64,000 nucleotides of DNA from assembly GCA_033551855.1 (NCBI GenBank), contig JAWSUI010000009.1, positions 25,334 to 89,333 of the forward strand, written 5' to 3'. This stretch comes from Deferrisomatales bacterium. GTDB lineage: Bacteria; Desulfobacterota; Deferrisomatia; Deferrisomatales; JACRMM01. The notes beneath the pieces were generated by a model. That model was given only the letters and a program-made list of their open reading frames with translations. It had not been told where the DNA came from and searched no databases. Below, one piece after another: positions 59,912 to 64,000 of this stretch. A program made the position numbers and the translations under genes. The stretch's first letter is position 1; the number at the start of each line of letters is the position of its first letter.

Positions 59912-60319
59912 CTATCCTCGAACCGTCCAGAGCGTGTCCTCTTCGCGCAGCGCGTAGAGGGCGTAGCAGGCGGCCAGCATCGGCCAGGCGGCGAAGAAGA
60001 GGAGGCTGCCTCCCTCGAAGGGCGAGAGATACTGCCGGAAGGACGACAGGGTGGAGACGGCGTGCAGCAGGAGCACGGTGCCGTAGGTGAGCCGCTTCTT
60101 TAGGCCGGCGACGAAGCCGAGGATCAGCAGGAGCTCCGCGGCACCCACGGCGTACATCACGGCGCTCCCGAGCCGCTCGAGACCGTAGAAGTCCTGGAAC
60201 ACCGACGCCGCGTGCCCCGGCCTCACGAACTTGTCGATGGTCCACATCAGCATCACGAGAAACACCGAAAGGCGCAGAAACAGAAGGGACAGGGGCAGAC
60301 GGCGGGTCGCGACATTCAT
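59912..60319 (-). CDS. DoxX-like membrane protein
   Basis: LLFLRLSVFLVMLMWTIDKF..PGHA..VF; LHAVSTLSS; ATGA overlap with the upstream stop. Confidence 0.8.
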   Translation of the reverse strand: MNVATRRLPLSLLFLRLSVFLVMLMWTIDKFVRPGHAASVFQDFYGLERLGSAVMYAVGAAELLLILGFVAGLKKRLTYGTVLLLHAVSTLSSFRQYLSPFEGGSLLFFAAWPMLAACYALYALREEDTLWTVRG

Positions 60320-61332
60320 CGTAGCTTCTCCTGCCTGTCGAGGGGGCTCCCAACGGGACCGGGCCGGTATGGCTCTTCGAGCTCGCGAACCGTGCCGTTG
60401 GCCGGCGCCTTCTCCAGCAACTCCAACGCGGCCAGGAGAACGGCGCGTTGCCGGTCGGCGTCTCCCGGGGCACCCAGAGGCCGTCCCACGGGGTGACGGG
60501 TGACGAGGACCCGCGGCAGCGACATCTCCTTCGCCACCCCCTCGAAGGCCTTGACGTAGACCCCAACCGTCGGGATTCCGGCCTCTTCCGCGACCCGGGC
60601 GACGTGTCCCACGGACACGTGGCAGACCGGTCAGACGGGCACCAGCAGGAGGGCGTCCACTTTCTCCTCCTTGATCCGCTCGACCCACGCCGGCGCGCTC
60701 TCCTTGAGGAGCCGAAGTTGGGAACACGCGCCGACGAAGGAGTACGAGGAGGGCGCGAGCTCCCCGATCGCGCCCTCCTCCTCCAATTCCCGGAGCCGGT
60801 CCAGCGCGAAGACCACGTTGGGGTCGGTCCGGGCCGCCCTCACGTCGTACCCGCCGTGCCGGACGCAGAGCGAGGTGGACGGCGTGCCGGAGGGGATGGC
60901 GCACAAGTCCGGGGGCGCCTTGAGGAATTCCCCGATGCGCCGGGTCGCCTCCTCCTGCGTCATGCCCTTCACCCCGAAGGGCTCCGGGTCGGCTCCCTCG
61001 GCGAAGTGGCCGCTCGAGGTGAGCAGGGCCAGCCGGCACTCCCGTACGGGCTTCGCCAAAGGAGTGAACGGGCCCCTGTCATAGGCCCACTTTCCGGCCC
61101 CTTCGTGCCCGTAGGCCCGGGCCTGCCACTCGTAGGCGTGCTGCACCAGGCGGTCGGCGTCGCCGTCGTCGATGGTCTGTCCGAGCTTGTCCAGGAGGGA
61201 GCGGAAGAACTCCCCGGCCTCCCCCGCCGGGAGGTTCTTGAGGAACTTGAAGGCGAGGTCGGTCCGGGACCCGTAGAAGAACGAGTTCTTGAACTCTTCC
61301 AGGGATTCGGGAGACGCAGGGATCTCGGTCAT
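60316..61332 (-). CDS. Glycine/proline reductase selenoprotein B-like protein (in-frame UGA 60633-60631, UxxC)
   Basis: PFTPLAKP..ECRLALLTSSG, HGGYD...DPNVVFALDRL, VDALLLVPV-U-PVCHVSVGHVARVAEEAGIPTV; both halves in frame. Confidence 0.88.
60602..60620 (-). promoter_or_regulatory. Putative SECIS hairpin
   Basis: UGA, 10 nt, then ACGUGUCC-GUG-GGACACGU, a perfect 8-bp stem. Confidence 0.7.
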
Positions 61333-61415
61333 GGCTTTCCTCGCAGGGCGGGGGCGATTGATGAGGGCGGGCTCAGAAGTTTACCAGATCACGCCCGTCC
61401 GCTCTGTAGCCCTGG

Positions 61416-61724
61416 CTACAGGAGGGCGCCCCAGTAGATCTGGCGGAGGGTGCCCGGGTCATCGGTCACGGCGCGGGCCAGCGCCACGGCGAAGCACGCG
61501 ACTGGCCGCGAGTGCAGGCCCGTCTCGCGCCCCCGCACGTCCAGGGCGGCCGCGAGCGCCGCAGGGAGGGGAAGGCAGGCGGCCTCCGTCGCTCCCTGAA
61601 GCTCTTCCAGCTCCCGAAGGGACAGAAAACAGCCCTCGTAGAGGTAATGGTCGCCCCGGAGCGCGAAGGGTGGCCCCGGAATGGGAGCGGCACAGCCGAC
61701 GCAGGCTCGAGATTCCGGGTCCAT
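61416..61724 (-). pseudogene. Truncated HD-GYP-like protein
   Basis: ALDVRGRETGLHSRPVA...IYWGALL then stop, exactly where HDIGK is expected. Confidence 0.65.
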
Positions 61725-61830
61725 TCGTCATCCTTCCTGCGGACCCTCCGTCCGCGGCTCACGGAGCCCCCCCCTCTGTCTGCCGAAGCCGCCGGCTCCC
61801 TCTCGGAAAAGGAGGCCGGCGGCTCCCAAC

Positions 61831-62274
61831 TCACTCGCCCAGCATCGCCTTCAAGACGATGTTTCCCATCATTTCGTGCATGTTCTTCGGGTCGCCGGAC
61901 GGATGATAGGCGATCTCCTGCAGTTGGCACTTCTTCAGCTCGGATGGCGAGATCGTCGCCGCGTACCGGGCGGAGCCCTTCTCGTCGGTCCGGAAGGAGT
62001 AGTCGCCCGTTCCGAGGCCGGCCATGTCCATCTTCGCCTTCATGTTGACCAGCCAGACGGTATGGACGGCGCCGGGTTTCAGACCGATTGCCGTGATGAC
62101 GACCTCCGTCTGGTCGCCTCCCTTGTCCGTGATCACCGCCTCGGCCGTCGCCCCCTTGCCGGCCTGGTCGGCCATCAGGCTGAGCCTACGTTCGGCTCCC
62201 GCGGCAGCGAGGCCCGCGTAGAGCCAGGACGCCAGGGTCAACACCGCTGCCAGGATCTTCAGATTGGTTCGAAT
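61831..62274 (-). CDS. Secreted hypothetical protein (ATT or degenerate start)
   Basis: GGAGGTG RBS followed by ATT; signal peptide; GLKPGAVHTVWLVNMK, IAYHPSGDPKNM. Confidence 0.6.
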   Translation of the reverse strand: MRTNLKILAAVLTLASWLYAGLAAAGAERRLSLMADQAGKGATAEAVITDKGGDQTEVVITAIGLKPGAVHTVWLVNMKAKMDMAGLGTGDYSFRTDEKGSARYAATISPSELKKCQLQEIAYHPSGDPKNMHEMMGNIVLKAMLGE

Positions 62275-62489
62275 GTCACACCTCCCCGTTCGCGCACGCG
62301 GCACCAAGCCCCACGGCAACGCTTCTCGGGTCGCGGTGGTTCCCCGTTCAATTGGTCGGCGAGACGAAGCATTTCTTACGCAAAAGCCTTCCGGGTGCCG
62401 CACGGACCATCGGACCGGTTGACGCCGATGAACGGTCTCCTATCATCATCCGGAAGACGAAGCGCCTCGTCGCCTTGCAGGATGCGAAC

Positions 62490-62888
62490 ATGGAGGACTC
62501 TGAGTTGGGCCAAGAGACGCTGCTTTTCGTGTACAACGCTGATGCGTCGCTCTTGGCCGGGATTGTGGATTTCCTGACGAAGGTGTTCGCCCCGAAGAGG
62601 TATCCCTGCAGGCTGTGCCTTCTGACCTACGGGGTCCTCCGCATGAAACGCCAATGGCGGGAGTTCCTCGAGCGTCTGCCCCAGCGCAAGGTCTTCCTGC
62701 ATCGGGACGACTTCCGGCGCAACCATCCGGACCTTGCCGGTAGCCCGCTGCCGGCGGTCCTCCGCATCACCGGCAGGGGCAGTTCGGTCTTGCTGAGCGC
62801 TCAGGAGATCCACCACGTGGAGAACCTGGAGGCACTCGAACACCGGCTCTTGGAGAGGCTCGGCATGGCCGGGATGCCGGGAAATTGA
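62490..62888 (+). CDS. Conserved-type hypothetical protein with CxxC
   Basis: LLFVYNADA...YPCRLCLLTYG...W.EFL...FLHRDDF. Confidence 0.75.
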   Translation: MEDSELGQETLLFVYNADASLLAGIVDFLTKVFAPKRYPCRLCLLTYGVLRMKRQWREFLERLPQRKVFLHRDDFRRNHPDLAGSPLPAVLRITGRGSSVLLSAQEIHHVENLEALEHRLLERLGMAGMPGN

Positions 62889-62910
62889 GCCCGGCCGGGG
62901 AATCGACTCG

Positions 62911-63642
62911 ATGAAGCCGATCAAGCGCTCCGTGATGCGGATTCTCGTCTGGAACATGCGATGGATGACACGCTACGCCGGATTCATCGCGCGGCCCCTC
63001 GTGTCGTGGTACGCGGGCCGGGAGGTCATCGCGTGCGGCCTCGCGGCGCGGGAAAGGGGCGCCGTCTCGCTGATCTACACGCCTTGGCACTCGCGGGGCG
63101 AGCACTCTTTCTACGTGCGGAGAGGGCGTTCCTGGGTGCCGATCGAAGCCATCCCCGTCGAGGATTTCTCGGGGGCGCTCGTCCGGCAGGTGCTCCTTCC
63201 CTCGGTGCAGCCCGGAGACGTCTGTCAGGCGAGGGCGGCAGACCTCACGAGCGGTCGCACGACTTCATCTCCCCCCATCACGGTCAAGCCGGGCACGAAG
63301 GAAGACGCGGCTCTGCTTCGCATCCAGGCGCTCCCGGGCGGCGAGGCGCTGTTCTCGTGGCCGCAGGCCGGGCTCCACGACCCGATGATCTACTTCCTGA
63401 CGCTGGAAGGCCGGACGGGAAATGCTCTCGTGGGCGTGTACACCCGAGAAACCTCCTGGCGGTATCCCCGCCTCAAGGATGCGTCCCTCGCCGTCGGGGG
63501 AACAGAGCTTCCGCCCCTCGTGGCGGGAGAGACCTACACCGCGAAGTGGGTTCTCGTGGACTTCGACGGCTGGGTGGCCGAGATGGCGGTGAAGTCGTTT
63601 GAGCAGCAGATTCTGCCGGGATTCGGTGCCGATTCCGGCTGA
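62911..63642 (+). CDS. Hypothetical protein
   Basis: 243-aa ORF with ATG start and plausible composition; no motif recognised. Confidence 0.6.
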   Translation: MKPIKRSVMRILVWNMRWMTRYAGFIARPLVSWYAGREVIACGLAARERGAVSLIYTPWHSRGEHSFYVRRGRSWVPIEAIPVEDFSGALVRQVLLPSVQPGDVCQARAADLTSGRTTSSPPITVKPGTKEDAALLRIQALPGGEALFSWPQAGLHDPMIYFLTLEGRTGNALVGVYTRETSWRYPRLKDASLAVGGTELPPLVAGETYTAKWVLVDFDGWVAEMAVKSFEQQILPGFGADSG

Positions 63643-63682
63643 GGAAAGAAACAAGAACCCCGTGGCTCAGCGGCGGGGACAC

Positions 63683-63870
63683 CTATCTGCCGGCCTGCCG
63701 GTACCAGAGCGACGTGACGATCCCCCAGCCGAAGTTGAGCAGCACAACAAGGGCGGGCGTGAGGTGCCCGAACTCGAGGCCGAGCACTCCTTTGCCCATG
63801 GCGGGGAAGACGGAGAAGAGCACGACCGCCGAGGCCGCCAGGCTGAAGAGCATGCCCTCCGGCCCCAGCC
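63683..63870 (-). pseudogene. C-terminal fragment of a membrane protein
   Basis: MLFSLAASAVVLFSVFPAMGKGVLGLEFGHLTPALVVLLNFGWGIVTSLWYRQAGR*; no evident N-terminus. Confidence 0.45.
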
Positions 63871-63944
63871 GTCCCGCGAATGGAGGGCGTCCGTCGGGTC
63901 GGACTCGAGGAGCCTTCTATCGAGGGATGGAGGGGAACTGGCCA

Positions 63945-64000
63945 CTACGTGGACTCCTTGAACCGGGCCATCATCTTGGCCTGCATCCGCCGGGTGACCT
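63945..64000 (-). CDS. 3' end of a second flavodoxin family gene copy (runs off window)
   Basis: 63946-64000 is identical to 47543-47597; stop TAG versus TAA. Confidence 0.75.
   Translation of the reverse strand, partial: VTRRMQAKMMARFKEST

Overview
This is a GC-rich bacterial window. The gene content suggests a deltaproteobacteria-like anaerobe, which is an inference only. 1-10 kb: an efflux operon with TetR, TolC, an MFP, two tandem RND paralogs and a P-II-like protein. 10-43 kb: mostly housekeeping genes (thiE/thiM, cbiX, gap, argS, Do protease, acyl-CoA dehydrogenase, CoA-transferase operon, class I adenylate cyclase, secreted metalloprotease, ABC1 kinase, orphan motAB, hsp20-lon-thiL), interspersed with structured intergenic repeats. 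43.4-47.4 kb: an unusual mercury-resistance operon, merR-trx-like-merB-merT-merP-ferredoxin-merA. Its merB has an in-frame UGA plus a SECIS-like hairpin at the position of the second catalytic Cys, so it is a probable selenocysteine organomercurial lyase. 47.5-64 kb: a decaying accessory region with several pseudogenes, miniature IR elements, a GH15-DUF547 fusion and a second predicted selenoprotein (GrdB/PrdB-like, UxxC). It is bounded by two identical copies of a flavodoxin gene 3' end. All family assignments come from recognising motifs by eye; no searches were run.
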